Assembly (NCBI GenBank): GCA_007375675.1
Contig: VMEU01000003.1
Location: forward strand, 8,692 to 72,691
Reading direction: 5' to 3'
Length of the DNA: 64,000 bases
Source: Parcubacteria group bacterium Greene0416_39
GTDB taxonomy: Bacteria > Patescibacteriota > Minisyncoccia > Minisyncoccales > UBA10102
Part shown: piece after piece, positions 8,624 through 18,239 of the stretch
How the letters are laid out: every line of letters begins with the position of its first letter
Numbering within the stretch: the stretch's first letter is position 1
Notes under the pieces: model-generated
Seen by the model: only the letters and a program-made list of their open reading frames with translations
Told to the model about the DNA's origin: nothing
Database searches by the model: none
Position numbers and translations under genes: made by a program

Positions 8624-9751
8624 ATGAACATTGAGATCAGCTTAAAAGAAGAGCAGGAACTAAGAAAATTGCTCCAAAAAAGAGATGATCCGGAAGCCAA
8701 AAGAATGCTTCGGTTTTTGAATATGCCGGATTTATCGCGTACGCAAGGCAGTCCGATTGCGGCAATCATAGAACGGGTGAAAAAAGTGCCTGTGTTGAAA
8801 AACTTTGACGATATTACTATCCCCGAGATTGTTTCAACCCATGTTCTTTTCGATCTCTTCAATATGCCTCCCGGTCATCCGGCTCGCAGCACATCAGACT
8901 CTTATTATGTAGATGAGGGGCACATCCTGATAACCCACGACACCGTGATGTGGTATTTCTATCTGAACCACCCTGATATAAAGAAAAAGATCGAGCAGGG
9001 TGAAGACCTGGGGGTCATCTGCTACGCCAAAGTCTACCGCAAAGACGAAATAGACAGAGAGCACATGAACGTTTTCCATCAGTTTGGCGGACTGTATTTG
9101 GTGCGCGACGATAAAAAAACCTTGACCATTGAGGATTTGAAGAACGCCCTTACCGAGATAGCGCAGAGCATTTTTAACAAAGGCATAAAGATCCGCTTCA
9201 ACCCGGACAATTTTCCCTACACAGATCCCAGTTTAGAAATGGAGATTGAGATAAACGGTCAGTGGATCGAGATGCTAGGTTGTGGTATGGCCCGTAAAAG
9301 CGTTTTGGCCAATTTTGGTCTTACCGGATACCACGGCTGGGCGTTCGGCTTCGGGCTTGAACGCATGGCCATTGTCAGCATGCAGTTGCCTGATATTCGG
9401 CTGTTGTGGTCAGAGGATCCTCGGGTAAAAAAGCAGCTTACGCTAGACAATGTCTATATTCCAGTGAGCAAGTACCCTGCGATCACCCGGGACATATCTT
9501 TTGTCGTGGACAAAGATTTCGTGCCCAACAACTACTTTGACCTGATACGTGATATCGCAGGCGACCTGGCTGAGGAGGTTCAACTCATTGATACGTATGA
9601 AGACGCAGAGAAGTTTGGGTCTGGGGTAAGTTATACGTATCGAATAATATACCAAAGTACTGAAAAAACATTAACGAGTGCAGAGATTGACCTGCTCCAA
9701 GACCAACTATATAAACAGACAGCCAAACAATTTAGTGCTGTGTTTCGTTAA
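8624..9751 (+). CDS. pheS: phenylalanyl-tRNA synthetase, single-chain form (alpha-type catalytic core fused to FDX-ACB/B8-like anticodon-binding domain)
   Basis: GHPARSTSDSYY, VYRKDEIDREHMNVFHQFGG, FPYTDPSLEMEI, GWAFGFGLERMA. C-terminal SKYPAITRDISFVVDKD...YRIIYQSTEKTLTSAEID resembles the PheT C-terminal domain. gyrB starts 2 nt after the stop. Confidence 0.85.
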   Translation: MNIEISLKEEQELRKLLQKRDDPEAKRMLRFLNMPDLSRTQGSPIAAIIERVKKVPVLKNFDDITIPEIVSTHVLFDLFNMPPGHPARSTSDSYYVDEGHILITHDTVMWYFYLNHPDIKKKIEQGEDLGVICYAKVYRKDEIDREHMNVFHQFGGLYLVRDDKKTLTIEDLKNALTEIAQSIFNKGIKIRFNPDNFPYTDPSLEMEIEINGQWIEMLGCGMARKSVLANFGLTGYHGWAFGFGLERMAIVSMQLPDIRLLWSEDPRVKKQLTLDNVYIPVSKYPAITRDISFVVDKDFVPNNYFDLIRDIAGDLAEEVQLIDTYEDAEKFGSGVSYTYRIIYQSTEKTLTSAEIDLLQDQLYKQTAKQFSAVFR

Positions 9752-9752
9752 A

Positions 9753-11684
9753 ATGAAAGAAAAACCTACAAATAAATACACGGCTAAGGACATTGACGTT
9801 CTGCAAGGGTTAGAGCCAGTGCGGAAAAGACCTGCCATGTATATTGGTTCCACAGGCCCTGACGGCTTGCACCATTTGATTTGGGAAATTCTAGATAATG
9901 CCATTGACGAAGCAATGGCAGGATATGCAAAAAACATTGATATTACCTTGCTGCCTGAAGATAAGGTTTTTGTGAAAGATGACGGCCGAGGAATTCCCAT
10001 AGACATACATCGCCAAACAAAGAAATCTGCCCTAGAAACCGTTTTGACAACCTTGCACGCCGGAGCAAAGTTTGGAGGCAAAGCATACCAGGTTTCAGGA
10101 GGTTTGCATGGGGTGGGAGCTTCAGTGGTGAACGCGCTCTCGCTTCACATGAAGGCCCAGGTATGCCGGGAAGGAACAAGGTATGAACAAGAGTATGCAA
10201 AAGGGAAAGCCATAACAAAACTTAAAAAAGTGGGGCCGTGCAGGGACCGCGGCACGACAATTGAGTTTGAGCCAGATAGAAGTATTTTTGGACAAGTTAT
10301 CAAGTTTGAGGATAAACGCATTCTCAACCACCTTCGCCAGCAAGCGTATCTCACTTCAGGGGTGCGAATAACGTTTCTTGACGCAAGAGAAAAAGGTAAA
10401 CTGCCATACACCTTCTATTTTGAAGGAGGAGTGGCTTCCTACGTGAAATACCTTACGAGAGGAGTTTCTCCTCATCACGAGAATTTGTTCTATATAAAAG
10501 GAGAGAAAGAAGAAATTCTCGTGGAAGTTGCATTCCGATACACGGAGGAATTTGAGATTTACGAGGAGAGCTTTGCCAATAACATTCCTACTAAAGAAGG
10601 AGGAACGCACCTTACAGGATTCAAAGCAGCTCTAACCCGCGGCATCAACGATTACGCAAAGAAAAATAATGTGTTTAAAAACGGCGACGAAGGGCTTACC
10701 GGAGATGATGTGAGAGAAGGGTTGACCGCAGTGGTCTCGGTAAAAATTAAGGAGCCGCAGTTTGAGGGCCAGACAAAGGCAAAACTTGGAAACCCTGAAG
10801 CAAAAAATGCCGTGGAGTCAGTAGTGGCAGAAGGGCTTGCGGATTTCTTTGAAAGAAATCCGCAAGACGCAAAGCTCATCATTGAGAAATGTTTGCTGTC
10901 TTCTAAGGCTCGCAAAGCCGCCAAGGCGGCCCGCCAAACCATTTTAAGAAAAGGGATTTTAGAAGGCCTCGCTCTGCCAGGCAAGCTCGCAGACTGCGCG
11001 TCCAAAGACCCAGAAGAATCAGAACTATACCTGGTGGAAGGAGAGTCTGCGGGCGGCTCGGGCAAGCAGGCGCGAGACAGAAGGTTCCAGGCGATTTTGC
11101 CCCTACGAGGAAAAATTCTTAACGTGGAGCGGGCTCGTTTGGATAAGATGCTTGAGTCAAAAGAGATCAAAAACCTTATCATCGCGTTGGGTACTGCCAT
11201 AGCAGAAGATTTTGACATTGAAAAACTCCGCTACCATAGAGTTATAATCATGTGCGACGCAGATTCAGACGGAAACCATATTCGCACCCTTATCCTTACA
11301 CTGTTTTATCGGTACTTCCGTGTTTTGGTTGAACGAGGATATATCTATATTGCCCAGCCGCCCTTATATAAAATCCAAACGGGAAAACGCCTTGAATACG
11401 CCTATTCAGAAGAGGGGAAAGACAAGATTGTAGCAGCACTCAAAAAAGAAGGGAACGTCTCCCAAAAGCCAAATCTCCAGCGCTACAAAGGGTTGGGAGA
11501 AATGAACCCAATGGAACTTTGGGAAACCACCATGAACCCTGAAAAGCGCACACTCTTGCAGGTGACCATTGAAGACACAAAAGAAGCAGACCGCATCTTT
11601 GACATTTTAATGGGCGACGAGGTACTACCCAGGAAAAAGTTTATACAGACGTATGCCAAATCAGTGAGAAACCTTGACATTTAG
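9753..11684 (+). CDS. gyrB: DNA gyrase subunit B
   Basis: LEPVRKRPAMYIGSTG, GHKL ATPase and TOPRIM (EGESAGGS), PLRGKILNVE. Start chosen at MKEKPTNKY (ATG 9753). Confidence 0.95.
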   Translation: MKEKPTNKYTAKDIDVLQGLEPVRKRPAMYIGSTGPDGLHHLIWEILDNAIDEAMAGYAKNIDITLLPEDKVFVKDDGRGIPIDIHRQTKKSALETVLTTLHAGAKFGGKAYQVSGGLHGVGASVVNALSLHMKAQVCREGTRYEQEYAKGKAITKLKKVGPCRDRGTTIEFEPDRSIFGQVIKFEDKRILNHLRQQAYLTSGVRITFLDAREKGKLPYTFYFEGGVASYVKYLTRGVSPHHENLFYIKGEKEEILVEVAFRYTEEFEIYEESFANNIPTKEGGTHLTGFKAALTRGINDYAKKNNVFKNGDEGLTGDDVREGLTAVVSVKIKEPQFEGQTKAKLGNPEAKNAVESVVAEGLADFFERNPQDAKLIIEKCLLSSKARKAAKAARQTILRKGILEGLALPGKLADCASKDPEESELYLVEGESAGGSGKQARDRRFQAILPLRGKILNVERARLDKMLESKEIKNLIIALGTAIAEDFDIEKLRYHRVIIMCDADSDGNHIRTLILTLFYRYFRVLVERGYIYIAQPPLYKIQTGKRLEYAYSEEGKDKIVAALKKEGNVSQKPNLQRYKGLGEMNPMELWETTMNPEKRTLLQVTIEDTKEADRIFDILMGDEVLPRKKFIQTYAKSVRNLDI

Positions 11685-11742
11685 GAAGAACTGATCTACA
11701 ATGGGGGTATAATGGCCCTTAGGGCCGTTTTAACAAAGACGT

Positions 11743-11934
11743 ATGAATGCTTTTTCTCGCATTGTTGAATTTTTAAAGGAGGCAAGGGTTGAAGCGAAGA
11801 AAGTGGCTTGGCCGTCTAAAAAACAAGTGGTGCGCCATACTATAGTAGTGGTTGCGTTATCTTTGTTTGTTGCAGTTATCCTCGGGGCCTTTGATTTCAT
11901 TTTTGCAACCATTCTTGAAAGATTTATCTTGTAA
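11743..11934 (+). CDS. secE: preprotein translocase subunit SecE
   Basis: 63 aa, EARVEAKKVAWPSKKQ plus a single TM helix. Located upstream of nusG. Confidence 0.85.
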   Translation: MNAFSRIVEFLKEARVEAKKVAWPSKKQVVRHTIVVVALSLFVAVILGAFDFIFATILERFIL

Positions 11935-11946
11935 GGAAAAGCGAAC

Positions 11947-12492
11947 ATGGCTAAACAACAGCTTGCCCAAGAAAGAAACTGGTACGTCATTCATACCTAT
12001 TCAGGGTATGAAGACGCGGTAGCAAGAAACCTCAAGCAGAGAATTGAGTCTTTGGGCATGCAAGACAAAATCTTTTCTGTTTTGGTTCCCAAAGAAAAGA
12101 AAATCAAAATCAAGAATGGGAAGAGAAAGCTCGTGGAAGAGAAAATTTATCCAGGATACGTGTTAGTTGAGATGATTGTTACCGATGATTCTTGGTATGT
12201 GGTGCGCAACACGCCAAACGTGACAGGATTTGTGGGTTCTGGCACCACGCCAATTCCTGTGGAGACGGCAGAGATTGAATCTTTGAAGAAACGCATGGGC
12301 GTGGATGAACCTCTCTACCTAATTGAAGTGGAGCCAGGAGATGTGGTAAAGATAACAGACGGGCCCTTTCGCGACTTTGAAGGCAAGGTTTCCAATGTGG
12401 ATCAGGAACGGGGCAAGGTAAAGGTGCTGGTGAATATGTTTGGCCGAGATACCCCTGTTGAGTTAGATTCCCTGCAAATTAAGAAGTTATAA
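11947..12492 (+). CDS. nusG: transcription termination/antitermination factor NusG
   Basis: WYVIHTYSGYEDAV NGN domain and KOW (GDVVKITDGPFRDFEGKV). Confidence 0.93.
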   Translation: MAKQQLAQERNWYVIHTYSGYEDAVARNLKQRIESLGMQDKIFSVLVPKEKKIKIKNGKRKLVEEKIYPGYVLVEMIVTDDSWYVVRNTPNVTGFVGSGTTPIPVETAEIESLKKRMGVDEPLYLIEVEPGDVVKITDGPFRDFEGKVSNVDQERGKVKVLVNMFGRDTPVELDSLQIKKL

Positions 12493-12568
12493 TGCAAATC
12501 CACGAATGATATGCGAATGCCGCAAATATATATTCGCATCATTCGCATAGATTTGTAGATTAGCATTA
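12490..12568. repeat. AT-rich palindromic intergenic cassette (copy B)
   Basis: TAATGCAAATCC...ATGCGAATGCCGCAAATA...TTCGCATAGATTTGTAGATTAGCATTA. Its TAA is the nusG stop. TTCGCA-16-CATTAT lies 6 nt before the rplK ATG. Confidence 0.75.
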
Positions 12569-12575
12569 TATTTTT

Positions 12576-12998
12576 ATGGCAAAAAAAATCAAAAAACTTG
12601 TAAGATTGCACATTGCTGCGGGGGCCGCAACGCCTGCCCCTCCTGTTGGCCCGAGCCTAGCTCAGCACGGCGTGAATATTGGGGAGTTTTGCAAAAAATT
12701 CAATGACCTTACGAAAGATAAGGCAGGCTTTAAGATTCCCGTTGATATTACAATTTATGAAGATCGGAGCTATGATATGAAACTCCACGAGCCGCCAGCT
12801 TCCTCGTTGCTCAAAAAGGCTGCTGGGGTTGAAAAGGGCTCTGGAACTCCAAACAAAACAAAGGTAGGCAAAATCTCAAAAAGTCAGCTTGAAGACATTG
12901 CCCGCCAAAAAATGGTTGACTTGAATACAGAAGACCTTCAGAGTGCAATAAGAATTATTGAGGGCACAGCGAAGAACATGGGTATTACAATAGAATAA
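12576..12998 (+). CDS. rplK: 50S ribosomal protein L11
   Basis: [34 protein letters not shown]. Confidence 0.95.
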   Translation: MAKKIKKLVRLHIAAGAATPAPPVGPSLAQHGVNIGEFCKKFNDLTKDKAGFKIPVDITIYEDRSYDMKLHEPPASSLLKKAAGVEKGSGTPNKTKVGKISKSQLEDIARQKMVDLNTEDLQSAIRIIEGTAKNMGITIE

Positions 12999-13001
12999 AG
13001 T

Positions 13002-13583
13002 ATGATACTTTCTGACCAAGACATTAAAAAATATATTGCAGAAGGCAAGATACAAGTGTACCCTGCGCCGGATTTTGAAGCTCAGCTTGGGCCTTGTTCT
13101 CTTGACCTTCACTTGGGCAGCAGCTTTAAGGTTTTTAGGCAATCTCAATACCCCTACATTGATCTCAAACGTAAGATTAACCTTGAAGAAGTGATGGAAG
13201 AAATTCAGGTTGCAGAAGACGGCGGCCCGTTTATACTTCAGCCAAAAGATTTTGTGTTGGCAATCACAAAAGAATCTTTTACGCTTCCAAATGATCTGAT
13301 GGGGCGTCTCGACGGAAGGAGTTCACTTGGCCGCCTTGGCATGGTGGTACATTCCACTGCTGCTCGTTTTGACCCTGGTTGGTCAGGAAAGGCAGTGATG
13401 GAACTCGGAAACCTTGGAATTATGCCCGTGGTTCTGTATTCTGGGATGAGAGTGTGTGCCCTCACATTTGAGACGCTCTCGAGCCCCTGTGAAACCCCCT
13501 ATGGCACAAAATCAACACATAAATACGCTTCCCAAGAGTCTCCCCAAGCAAGCAAAATCAACAAGGAGTTTGAAGGAAAATAG
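13002..13583 (+). CDS. dcd: dCTP deaminase
   Basis: MILSDQDIKKYI...GPCSLDLHLG, GRSSLGRLG, DPGWSG motifs. Confidence 0.85.
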   Translation: MILSDQDIKKYIAEGKIQVYPAPDFEAQLGPCSLDLHLGSSFKVFRQSQYPYIDLKRKINLEEVMEEIQVAEDGGPFILQPKDFVLAITKESFTLPNDLMGRLDGRSSLGRLGMVVHSTAARFDPGWSGKAVMELGNLGIMPVVLYSGMRVCALTFETLSSPCETPYGTKSTHKYASQESPQASKINKEFEGK

Positions 13584-13584
13584 A

Positions 13585-14538
13585 TTAGAAGCCGCCAACG
13601 ACGGTGATTTCGCCTTTGATTGGGGGGTGGGGGTCGTAGCCTTCGATGGTAATATCGTCGAACGTAAACTCGTCGATATTTTTTATTTGAGGATTCAGCT
13701 TGAGCGTGGGGAATGGGCGTGGGTCTCTTAAAAGCTGTTCTTTCACCTGGTCGAAGTGGTTGTTGTATATATGCACGTCGCCGAATGTGTGCACAAACTC
13801 GCCAGGTTCGTATCCCGTCACGTGAGCTATCATATGGGTCAACAAGGCATAGCTTGCGATATTAAAAGGCACTCCAAGAAACATATCTGCGGAGCGTTGA
13901 TACAGCTGGAGCGATAGTTTTCCGTTCGCTATATAAAACTGGAACATGGTGTGGCAAGGAGGCAAGGCCATTGCCTGTTCTGGGGTTGCTGCCATTTCAT
14001 AGACATATTCCGGGTTCCAGGCCGAAACAATATAATGTTTGCGGTCAGGGTGTGACTTGAGTTTTGGAACTACCCAAGCTAATTGATCAATTTCTCTGCC
14101 ATCGGATGTTTTCCACCTCCGCCACTGTTTTCCATAGACTGGTCCAAGCTCGCCCCATTGTTTGGCAAATTCATTATCTTCTTTAATCTTCGTGGTAAAG
14201 TCGTCTTGGCTCATTTTGGGAACTGCGCCGGTTTCCATCGCTTTCTTGTAATTTTTATATGCCCATTCGTCCCAAATGTGCACATTATTATCTACAAGAT
14301 ATTTAATATTCGAATCGCCCTTCAAAAACCACAAAAGCTCGTGAACAATCCCTCTCCAAAAAACCTTTTTTGTAGTTAAGAGAGGGAATCCCTGTGAAAG
14401 ATCAAATCGGATTTGCCTGCCAAACACCGATTTTATCTCAGCATCGGTATTGTGTACTCCTTTTGTTACCCCACTTCCTAAAATATCTCTGAGTAGATTG
14501 AGATATTGGTACTCGGGATGTTGAGAATTGGAAATCAT
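13585..14538 (-). CDS. thyA: thymidylate synthase ThyA (long, L. casei-type with small-domain insert)
   Basis: [27 protein letters not shown], catalytic [29 protein letters not shown] at 14538. The track's upstream TTG is at 14556. Confidence 0.92.
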   Translation of the reverse strand: MISNSQHPEYQYLNLLRDILGSGVTKGVHNTDAEIKSVFGRQIRFDLSQGFPLLTTKKVFWRGIVHELLWFLKGDSNIKYLVDNNVHIWDEWAYKNYKKAMETGAVPKMSQDDFTTKIKEDNEFAKQWGELGPVYGKQWRRWKTSDGREIDQLAWVVPKLKSHPDRKHYIVSAWNPEYVYEMAATPEQAMALPPCHTMFQFYIANGKLSLQLYQRSADMFLGVPFNIASYALLTHMIAHVTGYEPGEFVHTFGDVHIYNNHFDQVKEQLLRDPRPFPTLKLNPQIKNIDEFTFDDITIEGYDPHPPIKGEITVVGGF

Positions 14539-14555
14539 TATGATACTATACCACA

Positions 14556-15047
14556 ATGAAAGCGTTTATCATAGCAGCCCTCACCGCAGACGGGTTTATC
14601 GCAAAAAGTTCCCAGCATCTTACAGATTGGACAAGCAAGGAAGACAAACATTTTTTTGTGGAGAAAACCAAGCAGGCAGGGGTAGTCGTATTTGGCCAGA
14701 ATACCTTTGAAACCATTAGGAAACCGTTGAAAGATCGTTTGACCATTGTCTATTCCAAAGATAAGCAGTATGAGGGCGTAGAGGTGACACAAAAAGATCC
14801 TCGAGAGCTTTTGGAAGATTTGGAAAAAAGGGGATACAAAGAGGTTGCAATCTGCGGGGGAGCGACTATTTACACCATGTTTATGCAAGCAGGAGTGGTA
14901 GACAAACTATACTTGAGCGTTGAACCAGTGTTTTTTGGCCAGGGTCTTACGCTTTTTACTAAAGAGCTCGACAAGAAATTAGAGCTTGTATCTGTACAAA
15001 AACTTGGCGACCACACCGTTCTTTTGGAATACATCGTAACAAACTAA
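14556..15047 (+). CDS. folA: dihydrofolate reductase family protein (RibD_C-like)
   Basis: 163 aa, [16 protein letters not shown]...[12 protein letters not shown]...AICGGATIY. Located next to thyA. Confidence 0.7.
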   Translation: MKAFIIAALTADGFIAKSSQHLTDWTSKEDKHFFVEKTKQAGVVVFGQNTFETIRKPLKDRLTIVYSKDKQYEGVEVTQKDPRELLEDLEKRGYKEVAICGGATIYTMFMQAGVVDKLYLSVEPVFFGQGLTLFTKELDKKLELVSVQKLGDHTVLLEYIVTN

Positions 15048-15048
15048 T

Positions 15049-15603
15049 ATGGTTCTGGGAATTAAGGAATTGCAAATACTTGTAAAAGAAAAGGGTCTTG
15101 TGCAAGGACTTTCTGAACGCGAACTCACCAACCCAGAGGGCGCGGGATTTGATTTGAGGATAGGGGAGTTGTATGAGGTTTCAGGCCAGGGATTTCTTGG
15201 GATAGAGCAGAGAGAAACTCCTGAAATGAAATTGATAGAGAAATATGAAGCGAGCACGTCCGCCGACGAGGCGGAAAAAATAGTACTACTTAAGCCCCAT
15301 ACCTATTACGTAATGAAAACCGTGGAAGAGGTGAATATGCCAGAAAATTTGCTGGCAATTATGACTCCACGTTCTACGTTATTTCGTTCTGGCGTGTATG
15401 TCTTTGGAGGCCAGGTTCCTCCAGGGTACAAAGGAGGGCTCAGTATGGGTATCTATAATTATCGAGACACCGATTTTCGCCTAGAGATGGGCGCACGAGT
15501 GGTGCACATTATGTTTTTTGAGGTTAAGGGAGAAGGAAATCTGTACCGCGGCCAGTGGCAAGGCGGCAGAGTAACCACAGACCAAAAAGAAACCCAAGTA
15601 TAA
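15049..15603 (+). CDS. dCTP deaminase/dUTPase-superfamily protein (second paralog)
   Basis: PEGAGFDLRIG, TPRSTLFRSG, PPGYKGGL. These are Dcd/Dut-fold motifs. Confidence 0.7.
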   Translation: MVLGIKELQILVKEKGLVQGLSERELTNPEGAGFDLRIGELYEVSGQGFLGIEQRETPEMKLIEKYEASTSADEAEKIVLLKPHTYYVMKTVEEVNMPENLLAIMTPRSTLFRSGVYVFGGQVPPGYKGGLSMGIYNYRDTDFRLEMGARVVHIMFFEVKGEGNLYRGQWQGGRVTTDQKETQV

Positions 15604-16286
15604 TGCAAAAGAATACGTATCCGGGGAAATTTATTGTGTTTGAGGGGATTGATGGTTCGGGGAAATCTATACAGTTAAAATTATTGCTTAATCGTCTGAA
15701 AAAAGAAGGGTACAATACTGCGTTTTTTGATTTTCCTCAATACGGGAAAAAATCTGCTGGTCTAGCAGAGGAATATCTATCTGGTGCATATGGGTCTGCC
15801 AGAGAGGTGGGGCCTTTTCGTTCTTCCATTTTTTATGCTTGCGATAGGTATGACGCGAGTTTTCAGTTGAAGAAATATCTTAAAGAAGGAAGAATTGTTG
15901 TGAGTGACCGCTATGTTGGATCAAATATGGCCCATCAAGGAGGGAAGATAAAATCTCAAAAAGAAAGAGAGAAATTCTTCGCTTGGCTCCATGAACTGGA
16001 ATATGAGATATTTGGAATTCCAAAACCAACAAAGTCTTTCTTTTTGCATGTACCCCTAGAGATAGCAGGCAAACTTCGGGAAAATCCTGAGCGCCGAAAG
16101 AAAAAGAAAAAAGATATTCACGAAACAGACTTTGAACATCTCAAAAATGCCCAGCACGCGTATCTTCATGCAATGAAGGTATTTCCAAAAGATTTCACCG
16201 CCATTGAATGCGCGCCCAAAGGAATATTGCTTGCGCCTAAAATAATCCATGAAAAAATCTGGAAAGAAGTAAAAAAGCTTCTATGA
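15603..16286 (+). CDS. tmk: thymidylate kinase
   Basis: FIVFEGIDGSGKS P-loop. ATG overlaps the preceding stop (TAATG). Confidence 0.9.
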   Translation: MQKNTYPGKFIVFEGIDGSGKSIQLKLLLNRLKKEGYNTAFFDFPQYGKKSAGLAEEYLSGAYGSAREVGPFRSSIFYACDRYDASFQLKKYLKEGRIVVSDRYVGSNMAHQGGKIKSQKEREKFFAWLHELEYEIFGIPKPTKSFFLHVPLEIAGKLRENPERRKKKKKDIHETDFEHLKNAQHAYLHAMKVFPKDFTAIECAPKGILLAPKIIHEKIWKEVKKLL

Positions 16287-17731
16287 AATATATTCCTACT
16301 ATTGGCCTTGAAATTCATGCAGAGCTCAAAACAAAAAGCAAGATGTTTTGCTCTTGTTTAAACGATCCTTTGGAAAAGCACCCGAACGTGAACATTTGCC
16401 CCATTTGTATGGGGCACCCCGGAACGCTTCCTACAGCGAATGGAGAAGCGATCAATAAGGTGATTAAGGTTGGGCTTGCCTTGGGCTGCGCCATCCCTGA
16501 AAAATCAAAATTTGACCGAAAAAGTTATTTCTACCCAGACCTTCCCAAAGGGTACCAGATAAGCCAGTATGATATGCCATTCTGCGCTAAGGGCATTTTG
16601 AAGGTGGGGGAGCGAGATATACATATCACGAGGGTGCATCTTGAAGAAGATACCGGGCGGCTCATTCATCCCGCAGGAGCAGACTATTCTTTGGTTGATT
16701 TTAATAGGGCAGGCGTTCCGCTCATGGAACTTGTTACCGAACCAGATATCACTTCTGCAAAAGAGGCCTCTGCTTTTGCTCAAGAACTCCAAGTTATCTT
16801 GCGATATCTTGGTGCTTCTGATGCGGATATGGAACGGGGGCAGATGAGAGTGGAAGCTAATATTTCGGTAAGACCGGAGGGGCAGAAGACATTAGGAACA
16901 AAAGTAGAGGTTAAGAACCTCAACTCATTCCGATCTGTTCACGACGCCATTGAATTTGAGATTAAGAGACAGATAGAGGTTCTTGAGTCAGGAACCAAGG
17001 TTGTACAAGTAACCATGGGGTGGAATTCAACTACTGGGACTACGTTTGTCCAAAGAGAAAAAGAGTCTGCGCATGACTATAGGTATTTCCCAGAACCAGA
17101 CCTCCCTCCGTTTCACTTTACCAAAGAATACATTACTTCTCTCAAGGCAAAGCTTCCCGAGCTTCCTCAGGCAAGGAAACAGCGATTTTTAACAGAATAT
17201 AAGCTTTCACCCAATGAAGTTGAGATTTTGGTACAGGAAAAGGATCTTGGCGAATACTTTGAGAAAGTGTTGAGCGAGCTTGGAGAGAATATTCCCAAGG
17301 ATTTGCTTTATCGCAAGATAAAACTTTCTGCAAACTATATTCTTTCTGACCTTTTGGGACTTTTACAGGGAGCTTCTGTAAAAGAAGAAGATTTTCTTAT
17401 TACCCCAGAAAACTTTGCAGAACTCGTCAACCTCATTGATGAAAATAAAATCTCAAGCGCAATTGCAAAGCAAGTGTTGAAAGAAATGTTTGCCAAAGGC
17501 GGCGACCCGTCTCATATCATTGAAGAAAGGGGATTGGCCCAAGTGACCAATGAAAAAGAAATAGAAACCATCGCAAAAGAAGTTATTGCTCAAAATCCCA
17601 AAGCCGTAGAGGATTTCAAAAAAGGTAAATCAAACGCCTTGCAGTTTTTGGTAGGTCAGCTCATGTCCAAAACCAAAGGAACGGCAAATCCACAGATTAT
17701 CCAGGGGGTCTTGACAAAATTACTCGGGTAG
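16283..17731 (+). CDS. gatB: Asp/Glu-tRNA amidotransferase subunit B
   Basis: MKYIPTIGLEIHAELKTKSKMFCSC..., C-terminal GatB/YqeY domain. Confidence 0.95.
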   Translation: MKYIPTIGLEIHAELKTKSKMFCSCLNDPLEKHPNVNICPICMGHPGTLPTANGEAINKVIKVGLALGCAIPEKSKFDRKSYFYPDLPKGYQISQYDMPFCAKGILKVGERDIHITRVHLEEDTGRLIHPAGADYSLVDFNRAGVPLMELVTEPDITSAKEASAFAQELQVILRYLGASDADMERGQMRVEANISVRPEGQKTLGTKVEVKNLNSFRSVHDAIEFEIKRQIEVLESGTKVVQVTMGWNSTTGTTFVQREKESAHDYRYFPEPDLPPFHFTKEYITSLKAKLPELPQARKQRFLTEYKLSPNEVEILVQEKDLGEYFEKVLSELGENIPKDLLYRKIKLSANYILSDLLGLLQGASVKEEDFLITPENFAELVNLIDENKISSAIAKQVLKEMFAKGGDPSHIIEERGLAQVTNEKEIETIAKEVIAQNPKAVEDFKKGKSNALQFLVGQLMSKTKGTANPQIIQGVLTKLLG

Positions 17732-17739
17732 TGTATAAT
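17711..17739 (+). promoter_or_regulatory. consensus sigma70 promoter TTGACA-17-TATAAT (inside the gatB 3' end)
   Basis: TTGACA at 17711-17716, TATAAT at 17734-17739. Confidence 0.65.
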
Positions 17740-17778
17740 AGGGATTAGTCAGGTTATTGTCGGAAGGGGGAAAGATCT

Positions 17779-18129
17779 ATGGAGACCAAGTTTGCAGTTC
17801 TGCGGAAGGTAAGTGGGAGGAACTTCCAATCCCTAATCAGTGTCAAGGAGAGGCAGAATGCCCAGTTCTTTTACTACTCAATTGTCAGTATGCTGCAAGC
17901 ATCGGACAAGGGTCGAGCAGGTCTCTACGAGAATTACCAGTCAGGCGTAGAGATAAGCGCAATCACCCAGGAAGAAGGGAAAGAATTGGAGCAGAAAGTG
18001 ACCGAGATGATGCTCCAAGCTCTCGCCTGGGAGGCAGGGACCGGGACCCTTACGATCACCGCCGTTGCCTACCAGCCAGCCCTACCTGCGGTTGGGACCA
18101 CCATTGAGCCCGTGGCTCTACGTTCGTAG
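17779..18129 (+). CDS. hypothetical protein (GC-rich ORFan, 116 aa)
   Basis: ATG preceded by GGAAGGGGG. Own promoter and terminator. No family recognised. Confidence 0.55.
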   Translation: METKFAVLRKVSGRNFQSLISVKERQNAQFFYYSIVSMLQASDKGRAGLYENYQSGVEISAITQEEGKELEQKVTEMMLQALAWEAGTGTLTITAVAYQPALPAVGTTIEPVALRS

Positions 18130-18187
18130 GTTCCAAGCCTCAAAGGGCTCACAGGAACAAGAGGTATGCCCGCCAGGTCAACTAAGG

Positions 18188-18229
18188 CCCCCGATGAGTT
18201 ACTTGCATCCTGCAAGAACTTATCGGGGG
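18188..18229. terminator. long imperfect hairpin, bidirectional terminator between the ORFan and miaA
   Basis: CCCCCGATGAGTTACTTGCA / TGCAAGAACTTATCGGGGG, T-rich on the + side. Confidence 0.6.
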
Positions 18230-18239
18230 TTATATGTTT

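Noticed and set aside
9678-9752. Upstream extension of gyrB given by the ORF track (start 9678).
   Set aside because: The extension overlaps the 3' end of the PheRS gene in another frame. The conserved GyrB N-terminus begins at MKEKPTNKY (9753).
10652-11218. 188-aa antisense ORF inside gyrB, with similar long antisense ORFs in rplJ/rplL (39032..39586 -, 39417..40043 -) and gltX (57347..57835 +).
   Set aside because: They are Ser/Ala/Pro-rich translations typical of the antisense strand of real genes. They completely overlap high-confidence CDSs.
13585-14556. ThyA homolog as a phage-type dUMP/dCMP hydroxymethylase (hypermodified bases).
   Set aside because: The sequence keeps canonical ThyA motifs, including PPCH and the LYQRSAD...[10 protein letters not shown] block. 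The extra length matches the known L. casei-type small-domain insert.
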